DNA from: Acidobacteriota bacterium
GTDB lineage: Bacteria; Acidobacteriota; UBA890; WLXD01
Length of the DNA stretch: 64,000 bases
Assembly (NCBI GenBank): GCA_965248695.1
Contig: CBDFKD010000002.1
Coordinates: 4,256,001 to 4,320,000, forward strand
Direction: 5' to 3'
Translations under genes and position numbers: made by a program
Notes under the pieces: generated by a model
Seen by the model: only the letters and a program-made list of their open reading frames with translations
The model's database searches: none
Told to the model about the DNA's origin: nothing
Shown here: in pieces, positions 50,426 to 60,729 of the stretch
Layout: every line of letters starts with the position of its first letter
How positions within the stretch are numbered: position 1 is the stretch's first letter

Positions 50426-51438
50426 GTGTTGCCGTCGAGCGCGGCAACGAGCTCTGCATGTGGAACGCTAGCAGTGCCGTGCTTCAGGACCACGAGACCT
50501 GCCGCAACCGTGGCCAGCCTGGCGGCCGGAACGACTTCGGCGCCGGCTGCCAGCGCCAATGTCAACGTGGCGATCACGGTATCGCCCGCACCGGTGACAT
50601 CGGCGATCTCGTCGGTACCGTGAATCGGCAGGTGCACTGGTTTCTGGTCACGCTGAAAGACCGCCATGCCTTGCGAGCCGCGGGTGATCAAGACGTTCTC
50701 GCAATCGAGTCGATCGAGCAATGTCGCTCCCGCCCGTTCGACGGCGTCGCGATCTTGACCGAGCTCGACTCTCAGAACGCTCTCCGCCTCCGTCTGGTTT
50801 GGCGTGACTGCGGTTGCGCCCGCGAAGTCCAGCAGGCGGTGGCGGGAGTCGACAGTGACTGGTACCTCGGCTGCCACCGCCGCGGCGCGCAGCTCTTCGT
50901 ACTGGGTGGGCGAAACTGTGCCCAGCCCGTAGTCCGATACCAGCAGCGCGTCCGCCTTCGCGAGCTCGGCAATGAGACGTTCGGTTGCCGCCCCTTCGCC
51001 GCCTGGCGGCCACGCCTGTTCGTCGTCAATACGCAGGATCTGCTGGCGGACCGTGTGGGATCCGCCGGCCATCACCCGGGTCTTCACTGGCGTGGATCCG
51101 TCGGTGCGTCGATGCACCCCGGCAACGTCAATGCCGGCTTCTGCCAGGGCGCTCGAGAGTCGCTCGCCGGCGTCGTCGGTACCGACGTAGCCGAAAACCG
51201 CGACCTGAGCACCGAGCGCGGCGGCGTTTATCGCGGCGTTGCCGGCCGCCCCGGGACGCACGTTCTCTCCCTCATAGCGCAGCACCAGCGCCGGCGCCTC
51301 GCGAGATACGCGCGTCGTCGAGCCGAGCAGGAAGCGGTCGGCAACCAGATCGCCCCACACAACTACGCGCCGGCTGCTGAGCGCGTCGACCCAGGGGCGC
51401 AGATCGGCGAGGCATTCGAAATCGGACTTGGTGGCCAT
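50422..51438 (-). CDS. rfaE1: Heptose-7-phosphate kinase (HldA/RfaE1)
   Basis: [26 protein letters not shown]. Confidence 0.9.
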   Translation of the reverse strand: MATKSDFECLADLRPWVDALSSRRVVVWGDLVADRFLLGSTTRVSREAPALVLRYEGENVRPGAAGNAAINAAALGAQVAVFGYVGTDDAGERLSSALAEAGIDVAGVHRRTDGSTPVKTRVMAGGSHTVRQQILRIDDEQAWPPGGEGAATERLIAELAKADALLVSDYGLGTVSPTQYEELRAAAVAAEVPVTVDSRHRLLDFAGATAVTPNQTEAESVLRVELGQDRDAVERAGATLLDRLDCENVLITRGSQGMAVFQRDQKPVHLPIHGTDEIADVTGAGDTVIATLTLALAAGAEVVPAARLATVAAGLVVLKHGTASVPHAELVAALDGNT

Positions 51439-51512
51439 CGTTGGACCGGAGCGATGCCGCGCACGGCGGCTGGCGGTGGGCTCGCTAACTTAACCGTGGT
51501 CGCGTCAGAGCG

Positions 51513-52538
51513 TCAACTTGTCGGGTTGCCGCGGCCGGTCCGCCACACTGGCGTGAGCGCCCCGAGTGCCTGATCGACGGTCAGCCCTGTCATGCACCTG
51601 TGGTCCAGTGGGCAGTTCTTCGCCAGGCATGGCTGACAGAACGCTGCCGCACTGGCGACCTGCAAATGTGGTCCGAGTGGCCGTGTGCGACGCGGATCGG
51701 TGGGTCCGAACAACACCAGCGTGGGTGTGCTCAACGCCGATGCCAGGTGCGCGGCGCCGGTGTCGTTGCTGATCACCGCACGGCACTGGCTCAGAATCGC
51801 CGCCAGGTCGATGATGTCCGTTTGCCCGGCGACGTTCCGACAGTCGACATCGCAGGCGGCGGCGACTTCGGCCGCGACATCGACATCCTGCGGCCCTCCG
51901 AGAATCACCGGTAATGCGCCCCAGCTTTGTGCCGCCGAGCTCGCCAGGGCGCCGTACGACGCGGCCGGCCAGCGTTTCGCCGGGCCGTTGGCACAGCCGG
52001 GTACGACTCCGAGGATTGGCTGGTCGGTATCGATCAGACGGCGAACGCGATCATGGCTGTTTGCCGGCGCGGCCAACAGCACGTCTTCCGGTCGCGGTGC
52101 GGCGGTGTTGAGCGGCTTCAGCAGGCGGGCGTAGCGAGACGCGTCGTGGATCGGAGCGAGGGTGTCGGTCGGGGGCAACGCTTCGGTCAGCAGGAATCCA
52201 CGCATTTCGGTCGCGTAGCCAATGCGGCGGCGCACGTTCGCCAGCGCGGCGACGAGCGCGGGCTCGAATGCGTTCGGAAGCAACAGCGCGCCGGCGGGAG
52301 ACAGGCGCGCCACGTCGCTGACCGCGCGCCGTAGGCCGACCAGCCGGCCGAGTCCAGAGTGCCGCCGGTGCGGTAGCACCCGACCGCGCACCCCGGTTGC
52401 CTGCAGCAAGCGCCCGTGTGACTCCGGTCCCCACAGAACAAGCTCGTCGACGGTGCGCTCCAGGGCGCGGATGGTGGGCACGGCCATGACCGTGTCCCCG
52501 AGCCAGGTAGGCAACCGCACGATCCAGGAGCCGCGCAT
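51513..52538 (-). CDS. waaF: LPS heptosyltransferase II (GT9)
   Basis: RLPTWLGDTVMA, GPAKRWP, SNDTGAAHLA. Confidence 0.88.
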   Translation of the reverse strand: MRGSWIVRLPTWLGDTVMAVPTIRALERTVDELVLWGPESHGRLLQATGVRGRVLPHRRHSGLGRLVGLRRAVSDVARLSPAGALLLPNAFEPALVAALANVRRRIGYATEMRGFLLTEALPPTDTLAPIHDASRYARLLKPLNTAAPRPEDVLLAAPANSHDRVRRLIDTDQPILGVVPGCANGPAKRWPAASYGALASSAAQSWGALPVILGGPQDVDVAAEVAAACDVDCRNVAGQTDIIDLAAILSQCRAVISNDTGAAHLASALSTPTLVLFGPTDPRRTRPLGPHLQVASAAAFCQPCLAKNCPLDHRCMTGLTVDQALGALTPVWRTGRGNPTS

Positions 52539-52618
52539 GCCGTCCGGAATCCTCTTTGCACCAGCCGCGATAGCCGCGGAGCGGCGGCTTGTGGCCGGTA
52601 ACGATTATCTGATCGAGC

Positions 52619-53488
52619 TTACTGCGGGCGCTCCCGCCAGCGATCGTGCATCCATAGCCAGGCCTGCGGGCAGGAACGCACGTGACGTTCCACACAGGCC
52701 GTGATCGTAGCGGTAATCTCGAGGATCGCCTCGTCGTGATCCGCAGTGGTGGCAGTGATGGGCCGATCGATCGCCAGGCGATAGTGGTCGTCGTGTGGCA
52801 CGGCGAACATCGGCACAATCGGCGCGCCCGAGCGCAGGTGTAGTTGCGCCACGGCGCGCGTGGTGGCTGCGAGTCGGTCGAAGTAGGGAACAAACACTGC
52901 GTCGGGTGGCAATGTGTTCTGGTCTACCAGGACAGCGAGTGCCGAACCGGCGCGCAAAGCTCGGAGAGCCGGGCGGAACGCGTTGCTCTTGGGAATCACA
53001 CGCGCGCCGGTGCATGTACGGCGTTGGTTGACCAGCTGATCGAGCCCGGCGTCGTCGAGCGGTCGGGCGATCGACACTAGCGGGACGCCGAGCTTGGCGA
53101 GGGCCACGCCGACGAGCTCCCAGTTGCCGAAATGAGCTGTGGCGAGGATCAGGCCCTGGCCGGCATCGAGGCTGTCGTTGACCTGCGTCATGCGCTCGTC
53201 GGTGCGGACGATCTGGTCGATAGGCCGGTCGATTATCCGGGGGCTCCAGAGAAACTCCATCGCCGTACGCCCCATCTGCTCGAAGCTGCCCCGCGCGGTG
53301 CGCTCGTGCCAGGCGTCATCGCGCTCGGGAAAGGCGCGGCGCAGGTTGCTCAAGGCGACCCGTCGATGACGTCGGTCGACCCGATAGGCCAGTCGGCCGA
53401 GGCGCTTGCCTCGAGCTGCGGCGGTGGCCAGATCCCACCGTGTCACGTGCTCGGCGAAGGACTCCGCCAGCCGGGCGATGAGGGTCAT
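52619..53488 (-). CDS. lpxL: Lipid A late acyltransferase (LpxL family)
   Basis: TAHFGNWE, LVDQN, PQAWLWMHDRW. Confidence 0.85.
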   Translation of the reverse strand: MTLIARLAESFAEHVTRWDLATAAARGKRLGRLAYRVDRRHRRVALSNLRRAFPERDDAWHERTARGSFEQMGRTAMEFLWSPRIIDRPIDQIVRTDERMTQVNDSLDAGQGLILATAHFGNWELVGVALAKLGVPLVSIARPLDDAGLDQLVNQRRTCTGARVIPKSNAFRPALRALRAGSALAVLVDQNTLPPDAVFVPYFDRLAATTRAVAQLHLRSGAPIVPMFAVPHDDHYRLAIDRPITATTADHDEAILEITATITACVERHVRSCPQAWLWMHDRWRERPQ

Positions 53489-54537
53489 GTGGGATCCCTT
53501 GGCCCAACCTCGAGTCGGGGTAGCAACCAGTGCGCGAACGCCTCCGGACGCACCAAGCTCAATCTATGAGACCAGACATGGATTGGCACAGAACGTGGCC
53601 CATCGTGCTCCTGAAGCCGCACGGCATCCTTCTCGGTGGTTACGAGCGCCTCCGCGCCGACGCTTGCTGCGCCGCGCTGCAGAGAGTCCAGATCACGGTT
53701 CGAATACCAATGATGATCCGGAAACGACCGCCGCGCGAGCACCTCCATGCCAGCCGCCTCCAGCGCGCCGAAAAACCGTTGGGGACGGGCGATTCCGGCG
53801 AAGGCGACGCACGAGGCCCCGAGATCTTGGGGCGCTCTCGGCGGTGTGCGCGGGTCCCAGGAGCTCAGCGGCCAGCAGCCAGGCTCTTCGGACCGCGCAT
53901 CGAACGCCGGTCGCTCCGGGTATCTGTCGGCGAGCTCACGCCGGACGGTATCGTGATCCTCTCGAGGCCCGACAACGATGAATGCGTCGGCGCGCCGAGC
54001 GGCGCTGGCACCCTCCCGCAGCCGCCCGGCCGGCGGCGGCGCATGCTCCCAGAACGGTCGCTCCGCGTCGACGACCAACAGGTTCACGTTGCGCGCCACC
54101 CGTACATGCTGGTAGGCATCGTCCAGCAAGTAGACGTCAGGCGGGGCAATGCGCTGCTCGAGCAAATCGGCCGCCAGCTCGCGTCGGCCCGCGACCGCGA
54201 CCGGAATGCCCTCGAGGGCTCGCGCGTACCAGCTAGGCTCGTCGCCTGCTGAGCGCACGTCGACAGCGAGACCCCGGCCGTCGCTCACCACGCGCGGTTG
54301 GCGCGTCTGTCGGGCATAGCCGCGGCTGATGATCGCCGGCTTGTGGCCGGCTCGTTGCAGCAGCAGCGCGAGGGCGGCGACGACCGGGGTCTTGCCTGTA
54401 CCTCCCATCTCGAGCGCGCCGACGCTGATCGTCGGCCGACTGAGCCGCCGTGTGGTGAGCAGGCCCTGTCGATACAGCTCTGCCCGCGCCCGCGCCGCCA
54501 GACTCCAGGGCATCCCCAGCACTCCCGGCAGGCTCAC
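53485..54537 (-). CDS. lpxK: Tetraacyldisaccharide 4'-kinase
   Basis: GGTGKTP, SRGY, GDEP, LDDAYQH, FPDHH, TTEKDAV. Confidence 0.95.
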   Translation of the reverse strand: MSLPGVLGMPWSLAARARAELYRQGLLTTRRLSRPTISVGALEMGGTGKTPVVAALALLLQRAGHKPAIISRGYARQTRQPRVVSDGRGLAVDVRSAGDEPSWYARALEGIPVAVAGRRELAADLLEQRIAPPDVYLLDDAYQHVRVARNVNLLVVDAERPFWEHAPPPAGRLREGASAARRADAFIVVGPREDHDTVRRELADRYPERPAFDARSEEPGCWPLSSWDPRTPPRAPQDLGASCVAFAGIARPQRFFGALEAAGMEVLARRSFPDHHWYSNRDLDSLQRGAASVGAEALVTTEKDAVRLQEHDGPRSVPIHVWSHRLSLVRPEAFAHWLLPRLEVGPRDPT

Positions 54538-55808
54538 GCCCCGAGCTCCGGGAGACGACGAAGCAACAGGCGGGCGGTTCGACGACCGGCAGCGGCGTCG
54601 CGTAACGCCACGATGCGCGCCCGCTCGCCCATCTGCCGTTGTCGGTCCGGGTCATCGATGAGCTCGATGATGCGCTCGCCGAGGGCGTCCGGGTCCGCCA
54701 CCTGGATCGCGCCACCGGCTCGCAGGAGCTCGTTTGCCAGCGACGCGAAGTTCTCCGTACTGGGCCCGAAAAGGACCGGACGTCCCTGGATCGCGGGTTC
54801 GAGCAAGTTGTGGCCCCCGGTGGGTACTAGGCTGCCGCCGACGAAGGCAATGCATCCGAGGCCGTAGGCGGCGGGCAGCTCGCCGATCGTGTCGAGCAGG
54901 ATCACTTCGCTGTCGTTGGTACCCGGACGCGTCCGGCGGTCGCAGCGGAATCCGGCATGTTGAACGAGCGCCTCCACGTCATCGAATCGCTCCGGGTGCC
55001 GCGGTGCGAGCAGTAGCCTCGATTCCGGATGGCGTTGCTGTACTCGACGGAATGCACGCAGCACCTTCTGCTCTTCGTTGTCCATCGTGCAGCCGGCGAC
55101 GATCAATGGGCGGTCTTCTGTGGTGCGCAGGAGGTTCTGGAGCTCGGAATGAAGCGCCCCGGAGGGACGTAGCGCTTCGGCGTCGGCCTTCAGGTTGCCG
55201 GTGGCGAAGACGTTCGCGGGTTCGATCCCGATGGCTCGGAAACGACCGGCCTCCAGGGAGGTACGGGCGCATACCAGGTCGAGGAGCTCGAACGGCGCGG
55301 CCCATACGCGCCGCAGGCGCGCGTAGCGGCGACACGAGGTGGCCGATAGGCGGGCGTTCACGAGGGCGGTACGCACACCATGAACCGAACAGGCGCGCAG
55401 CAGATTGGGCCAGATCTCCGTTTCAACCAACAGCAGTGCGCTCGGCGCCAGTGTCCGCAGGTAGCCGTTGACGGCGGAGGGAAGGTCCAATGGCATGTAG
55501 AAGATGTCGTCGGCTCCGGCCTGCTGGGCGATCTCCTGGCCGGTGGGCGTCGTTGTCGACAGAAGAATGGGCACCCCCGGGGCCATCTGTCGGAGGTGCG
55601 GTATGAGCCCACGCGCGGCATGCACCTCGCCCACAGACACGGCGTGGATCCAGATGCAGCCACGATGTTTTGCTAGCCGCTCCGGGACTCGGCCGAGGCG
55701 CTCGTCGAGTGCGACCGCGTATCTGCCGCCGAACGCCCGATCGAAGGCCGCCCGTGGGGCCAGCAGGCACAGGCCGACCATGTAGAGGAAGGTATAGATG
55801 GCGAACAC
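54534..55808 (-). CDS. waaA: Kdo transferase
   Basis: WIHAVSVGE, ETEIWPN, APRHPER, GGHNLLEP. Confidence 0.95.
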   Translation of the reverse strand: MFAIYTFLYMVGLCLLAPRAAFDRAFGGRYAVALDERLGRVPERLAKHRGCIWIHAVSVGEVHAARGLIPHLRQMAPGVPILLSTTTPTGQEIAQQAGADDIFYMPLDLPSAVNGYLRTLAPSALLLVETEIWPNLLRACSVHGVRTALVNARLSATSCRRYARLRRVWAAPFELLDLVCARTSLEAGRFRAIGIEPANVFATGNLKADAEALRPSGALHSELQNLLRTTEDRPLIVAGCTMDNEEQKVLRAFRRVQQRHPESRLLLAPRHPERFDDVEALVQHAGFRCDRRTRPGTNDSEVILLDTIGELPAAYGLGCIAFVGGSLVPTGGHNLLEPAIQGRPVLFGPSTENFASLANELLRAGGAIQVADPDALGERIIELIDDPDRQRQMGERARIVALRDAAAGRRTARLLLRRLPELGA

Positions 55809-55923
55809 TAGGAGGCCATGATTTCGGTGCTGCGTGCGGAGACACTATGGTGGCGGTTGCGTGGATTGTCGCGCGCCGGTCCCGGATGTGAGCAGCCGGC
55901 TGATTATAGTGCGCTGGGGTGAG

Positions 55924-56985
55924 ATGAACGACGCAGTCAAGCCGCTCAACTTGCTGGACCTGCCGCCATTGGCGTGGCGGCAGGCGCTAGCTGCCGCCGG
56001 GTTGCCTGCCTATCGGGGTCAGCAGCTGGCGCACTGGGTCTTCGGTCGCGGTGTGTTCGATTTCGCCGCCATGACCGACCTGCCGGTTAAGCTCCGCACG
56101 GACTTGCCGACGCGCTTTCGGCTCGAGCCACCGACGGTGGACACGGTGTTTCGATCGGCCGATCACAGCCGACGGTATCTGCTGCGCGTCGGGGCCGGCG
56201 AGGTGATCGAGTCCGTGACGATGCCCTATGCGCGCCGAACGACCCTCTGCATTTCGTCTCAGGTCGGTTGTCGCTTCGCCTGTGGGTTCTGTCAGACGGG
56301 CCAGCTCAAGCTGCGTCGGTCGCTGTCTGCGGGTGAGATCCTCGGACAGGTGCTGCGCTTGCGAGCGGAAATCCAGGAGCCGTGCTCGCGCCTAAACGTG
56401 GTGTTCATGGGGCAGGGCGAGCCGCTGGATAACGCCGCCGCCGTGACCGCGGCGGTCGAGGCGATGCAGGACCCCAACGGGCTGGCGCTCGGGTGGCGGC
56501 GCATTACGGTCTCGACGGTAGGACTCCCCCCCGCGATCCTTGCCTTGGCCGAGCTCGGAACCCGTCGGCCGCGCATCGCCGTCTCGCTGAATGCGTCGAC
56601 CGACGAGGTGCGCTCCGAGCTGATGCCGGTGAATCGCAAGTATCCGATTGCTGCCCTGATCGGCGCGCTGCGCGAGGTGCCCTGGCGCAATCGAGAAAAA
56701 GTGACCTGCGAGTATGTGCTGCTCAGCGGCATCAACGACACAGAAACGGACGCGCGCCGCCTTGGCGGCTTGCTCAACGGCTTGCCCGCAAAGGTGAATC
56801 TGATTCCATGGAACCCGATTCCCGGCATGCCGTACCAGCGCCCGTCGTCGGAGCGAATCGAGAGGTTCCGCCGCGCCGCCCTGAGCAGTGGTCTGGATGC
56901 TCTGGTGCGCTACAGCCGCGGAGCCGACATCGGGGCGGCCTGCGGGCAGTTAGCGACAGCTGCCGAAAGCGGTACGGGTCACTAG
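55924..56985 (+). CDS. rlmN: 23S rRNA/tRNA m2A radical SAM methyltransferase
   Basis: CISSQVGCRFACGFC, MGQGEP, NLIPWN, DIGAACGQL. Confidence 0.93.
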   Translation: MNDAVKPLNLLDLPPLAWRQALAAAGLPAYRGQQLAHWVFGRGVFDFAAMTDLPVKLRTDLPTRFRLEPPTVDTVFRSADHSRRYLLRVGAGEVIESVTMPYARRTTLCISSQVGCRFACGFCQTGQLKLRRSLSAGEILGQVLRLRAEIQEPCSRLNVVFMGQGEPLDNAAAVTAAVEAMQDPNGLALGWRRITVSTVGLPPAILALAELGTRRPRIAVSLNASTDEVRSELMPVNRKYPIAALIGALREVPWRNREKVTCEYVLLSGINDTETDARRLGGLLNGLPAKVNLIPWNPIPGMPYQRPSSERIERFRRAALSSGLDALVRYSRGADIGAACGQLATAAESGTGH

Positions 56986-57018
56986 CAGGCCCGCCACACT
57001 TCCACCACGGCCTGCTAG
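56982..57018. repeat. 37-bp CTAG-bounded inverted repeat between convergent genes (mini-element and/or terminator hairpin)
   Basis: CTAGCAGGCC ... GGCCTGCTAG; contains both stop codons. Confidence 0.7.
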
Positions 57019-57530
57019 AGCCCTTCACCCTCCAGACGAGCTTCGAGATCGGCTTGCATCGCGTCGACATTGGCGGTCTGCTGCTCCCGGTCCGCGTCCA
57101 CCCGCTCGGCCGTACCGGTGTCTCCAAGTGCGAGGATGCGCGCTGCCAGATGAGCGGCGTTGACGGCGCCCGACTTGCCAATGCCGACGGTTGCCACGGG
57201 AACGCCGCCGGGCATTTGAACCGTTGCCAGGAGCGCGTCCAGACCGCCGAGGGCGGAGGCCACCAACGGCACGCCGATCACCGGGAGCCGAGTATGGGCC
57301 GCGATCGTGCCGGCGAGATGGGCGGCGCCGCCGGCCCCGGCAATGATCACCTGCAGCCCGCGGTCGATCCCACCGGCCGCGTAGCTGGCGACCGCGTGCG
57401 GGCTGCGATGGGCCGACATCACGCGAACCTCGTACGGGATCGCCAGCTTCTGGAGAACCCGGACGCCCGACACCATGACATCGAAATCCGAAATGCTACC
57501 CATCACGATGGCAACGCGTGCTGCGCTCAT
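57015..57530 (-). CDS. purE: N5-CAIR mutase
   Basis: MGSISD, SAHR, GAGGAAHL, VQMPGGVPVATV. Confidence 0.96.
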   Translation of the reverse strand: MSAARVAIVMGSISDFDVMVSGVRVLQKLAIPYEVRVMSAHRSPHAVASYAAGGIDRGLQVIIAGAGGAAHLAGTIAAHTRLPVIGVPLVASALGGLDALLATVQMPGGVPVATVGIGKSGAVNAAHLAARILALGDTGTAERVDADREQQTANVDAMQADLEARLEGEGL

Positions 57531-58810
57531 ACTGAGCTCCTAGGTCGTCGGCCGATATCACGGCGGTAGTGCATGCCCTCGAACTCGATCGCATCGATGG
57601 CCGCGTAGGCGTTGTCGAGGGCAGTCAACAAGGTGTCGCCGAGGGCGGAGACGCCGAGCACCCGGCCGCCGGCCGTGATCGGGGTTCCGTCTTGGTCCCC
57701 GGTGCCGGCGTGGAAGACCATGACGTCGTTGCGACCTGCGAGCTGGTCCAGGCCGGCGATCGGATCGCCCTGCCGATAGTGACCGGGGTAGCCATCCGCC
57801 GCGAGGATTACGCAGGCGGCATGTTGATCGGACCATCGCAGCGATCTGTTCGGCAGGCTGCCTTCGGCGATTCCGGCGAAGAGCTCTCCGACGTCCTCTT
57901 GTAGCAGCGGTAACACGGCTTGCGCCTCCGGGTCGCCGAAGCGGCAGTTGTACTCCAGGACCATTGGCCCCTCCTCGGTAAACATCAATCCGGCGTATAG
58001 CACGCCGGCGAACGGACGGCCCTCCGTTGCCATGCCGTCGATCGTTGCCTGCAGAACTCCGCTCCCCAACTCGGCGTCGGCGGCGGCGGAAATCACCGAC
58101 TCCGCCGGAGCGTATGCCCCCATGCCTCCGGTGTTGGGGCCGCGGTCACCGTCAAGCGCCTGCTTGTGATCCTGCGACGGCAGCAACGGCACGACGCGTT
58201 CGCCGTCGGACAACGCCATCAACGTCACTTCCGTTCCAACCAGGAAGCGCTCGATCACCACGACGTTGCCGGCCGTGCCGAAGCTACCCTCGTTCATCGC
58301 CGCGGCGACTGCTGCGGTGGCAGCCGGCGCATCGTTGCAAATCACCACACCCTTGCCGGCCGCCAGGCCGTCGGCCTTGACGACGAGCGGAAAGCCCCAC
58401 GGCGACTGGCGAGCGAACTCGAGCGCCGGGCCGACATCGGCGAAAATCTCGAAGTCGCCGGTGGCAATGTCGTGGCGTCGCATGAACTCTTTTGCGAACC
58501 CCTTGCTGCCTTCGAGGATTGCCGCCGGCTTCCTCGGTCCGAAGCACCGGATACCGGCATCCTCGAAGATCTCGGTGATGCCCGCTGCCAAAGGCGCCTC
58601 GGGGCCGACGACCACGAGGTCGATGGCGTGCTCCTCGGCCGCGAGCGCCAGCGCGGCGAGATCTCCGGCCTGAATCGGCCAGCATGTGGCATCGCGTGCG
58701 ATGCCGGCGTTACCGGGCGAGCAGATCACAGTGTCGACGCTTTCGCTGCGTTGCAGGGCCCACACGAGCGCGTGCTCGCGTCCGCCGCCGCCGACCACCA
58801 GGACATTCAT
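57527..58810 (-). CDS. purD: Phosphoribosylamine-glycine ligase
   Basis: GGGGREHAL, KADGLAAGKGV, NTGGMG, RFGDPE. Confidence 0.97.
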   Translation of the reverse strand: MNVLVVGGGGREHALVWALQRSESVDTVICSPGNAGIARDATCWPIQAGDLAALALAAEEHAIDLVVVGPEAPLAAGITEIFEDAGIRCFGPRKPAAILEGSKGFAKEFMRRHDIATGDFEIFADVGPALEFARQSPWGFPLVVKADGLAAGKGVVICNDAPAATAAVAAAMNEGSFGTAGNVVVIERFLVGTEVTLMALSDGERVVPLLPSQDHKQALDGDRGPNTGGMGAYAPAESVISAAADAELGSGVLQATIDGMATEGRPFAGVLYAGLMFTEEGPMVLEYNCRFGDPEAQAVLPLLQEDVGELFAGIAEGSLPNRSLRWSDQHAACVILAADGYPGHYRQGDPIAGLDQLAGRNDVMVFHAGTGDQDGTPITAGGRVLGVSALGDTLLTALDNAYAAIDAIEFEGMHYRRDIGRRPRSSV

Positions 58811-59023
58811 GTCGGGCTCCTGAACTTCGGGTGAAGATCGCGGCGACTCCGTCGGTCAGGATGCCGGTCACGACCAGCTCGTGCGTCCAAGGTGGCCCCG
58901 TCTGCCGCGCCACCATCGCCCCGTCGGTCCGCTTCTCCGTACACCCCGCCGGCCGGTGTTACCACACCCCTGTGGAGCGGGCAACAAGGGTCGCCGGGGC
59001 GGCGAGCTCCCGGGCGAAAGCGT

Positions 59024-59052
59024 TTGACGGCCTGAGCCTGAATCGGTACTCT
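59024..59052 (+). promoter_or_regulatory. Putative sigma70 promoter for rpsU
   Basis: TTGACG-N17-TACTCT about 100 nt upstream of rpsU. Confidence 0.55.
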
Positions 59053-59149
59053 TCGTGCTTCTGGCCGACCATGGTACGCTCTTCGTGCGCTCGCCAGACA
59101 GGGGGAAGCGGTAGCGCTTCCAGACTCTTCGCAACGAGGAAACCCGCAG

Positions 59150-59353
59150 ATGGCTTTTGTCCGCGTCGAGGACGGCGAGTCGATTGAGCACGCCCTCCGG
59201 CGGTTCCGTCGTTTCGTGCAGCGCGAGAACATTCTCCGCGACGCGAAGCGCCATTCGCACTTCGTGAAACCTGGCGAACGTCGCCGCGCGAAGCAGGCGG
59301 CAGCTCGACGCCGGTGGCGGCGCCGTCAGCGCCGCATGCGCGCCGAGCCCTAG
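59150..59353 (+). CDS. rpsU: 30S ribosomal protein S21
   Basis: GESIEHALRRFRR...HFVKPGERRRAK; GAGG SD. Confidence 0.92.
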   Translation: MAFVRVEDGESIEHALRRFRRFVQRENILRDAKRHSHFVKPGERRRAKQAAARRRWRRRQRRMRAEP

Positions 59354-59430
59354 ATCCGCGCATCGGAAACGGATTCAACGTACGTTCGTATCGGCATCGA
59401 TCCAACGTTCGCATCGCGCTCCGTCGACGA

Positions 59431-60702
59431 CTACGGACGTCGCACCGGCGCCGCCGGCCCGGCTACGCGCGATTGCCAGATCCAGATCGTCACCGCGGGC
59501 ACGTACTCGACCAGGCGCGGCCACCAGGGCTCGACCCACAGATTGCTATCGCCCGTATTCACCACCAGTACCCAGTAGGCAATCGGAGCCACGGCACATA
59601 GCGCCACCCATGCCAGGTCGATCGCGGCGGCAGCGAACGGTAGGGCCCACAGCAGATACCAGGGGTGGACGGTCGGCATCAACAAGGTAAACGCCAGCAG
59701 CAACCAGTAGCCGGCACGCAACGGATCCTCTCGACGTCGCCAGAGCCACGTCAGGAGCCCCAGCCCGAGCCCGGCCGCAAGCGCCTTGGCCGCCGCGAGC
59801 GAGCCGGTGGCCGCGTGCAACACGAAGAAGGCGCCGTCGTTGAATCGCCACCGACCCGCATAGTCGAGCCAGGGCTGCAGAATGGCGATCCCGGCATCGA
59901 GGAAGGGAGCGTAGCCGAGCAGCAGGCTGCCGACGAACAGCGGCCAGTGCCACCACCGTCGCTGGCGGAGCAGGAGCGGCACGAAGACCAGCGGCCAGGT
60001 CTTGATCAGCACACCACAGGCGAGCAACAGAGTGCTGACCACGGCGCGTTGGCGGGCGTGGGCCAGGGCGGCGCCGAGGACCACGGCGATCGCCCAGCCG
60101 TCGAAGTGACCGCTGGACGCGAACTCGATCGCTGGCAGCGGATGCAACGCGTAGATCGCCACCTGCCATCGTGCCCGGCCCCAGGCGCGCAAACAGGCCA
60201 GGAGCAGGACGATGGTGAGCAGGTCTCCGAGCGTTGCGATGACCTTGAACATCCCCAGGCTGTCGTGCAGCCCATAGGTAGTCGCGAAGAGTACCTGCGC
60301 CAGGGGAGGATAGATCGTCCGGATCCGGGGATAATTGATCCGTGACCACTGTTCATCGCGCAGGCCTTCGAGGGCCGGGGCTGCCGGGGGTTCCAGATAC
60401 GGGTTCCAACCCGCAGCCTGTACCCTTCCATCCCAGCGATACCGATAGATGTCATCCGAAAGGCTCGGTGGTGTGGCGAGCAACAGAACACGCAGGGCAA
60501 GTGCCGCGAGCAAGACCGTGCCGGTGGCGACCTGGCGCCCCGATGGGCCCCAGTCAGGCCACAATCGGGCGAGCGACCAGCAAATGAGGGCGTGGGAGAT
60601 GCCGGCCAAGAGCATCAACGACACTGCCTGTCGCGCATTCACGCGCAGGTCGCCGAGCGCCCACAGGCCGATAGCGCACACAAGCAGCAGCGCGCTGCCC
60701 AC
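59431..60702 (-). CDS. GT87/DUF2029-like GT-C membrane glycosyltransferase
   Basis: SDDIYRYRWDG, NPY, TIYPP, SGHFD, VHPWY. Start uncertain (GTG 60702 or further upstream). Confidence 0.8.
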   Translation of the reverse strand: MGSALLLVCAIGLWALGDLRVNARQAVSLMLLAGISHALICWSLARLWPDWGPSGRQVATGTVLLAALALRVLLLATPPSLSDDIYRYRWDGRVQAAGWNPYLEPPAAPALEGLRDEQWSRINYPRIRTIYPPLAQVLFATTYGLHDSLGMFKVIATLGDLLTIVLLLACLRAWGRARWQVAIYALHPLPAIEFASSGHFDGWAIAVVLGAALAHARQRAVVSTLLLACGVLIKTWPLVFVPLLLRQRRWWHWPLFVGSLLLGYAPFLDAGIAILQPWLDYAGRWRFNDGAFFVLHAATGSLAAAKALAAGLGLGLLTWLWRRREDPLRAGYWLLLAFTLLMPTVHPWYLLWALPFAAAAIDLAWVALCAVAPIAYWVLVVNTGDSNLWVEPWWPRLVEYVPAVTIWIWQSRVAGPAAPVRRP

Positions 60703-60729
60703 CGTCAGTGCCGCCAGGAAGCCACGCGC

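Noticed and set aside
58807-59149. ORFs between purD and rpsU
   Set aside because: Arg/Pro/Gly-rich with no consistent frame; better explained as a divergent promoter region.
59354-59430. Short palindrome AACGTACGTT and near-repeat after rpsU
   Set aside because: Too short and irregular to support a terminator, operator or ncRNA call.
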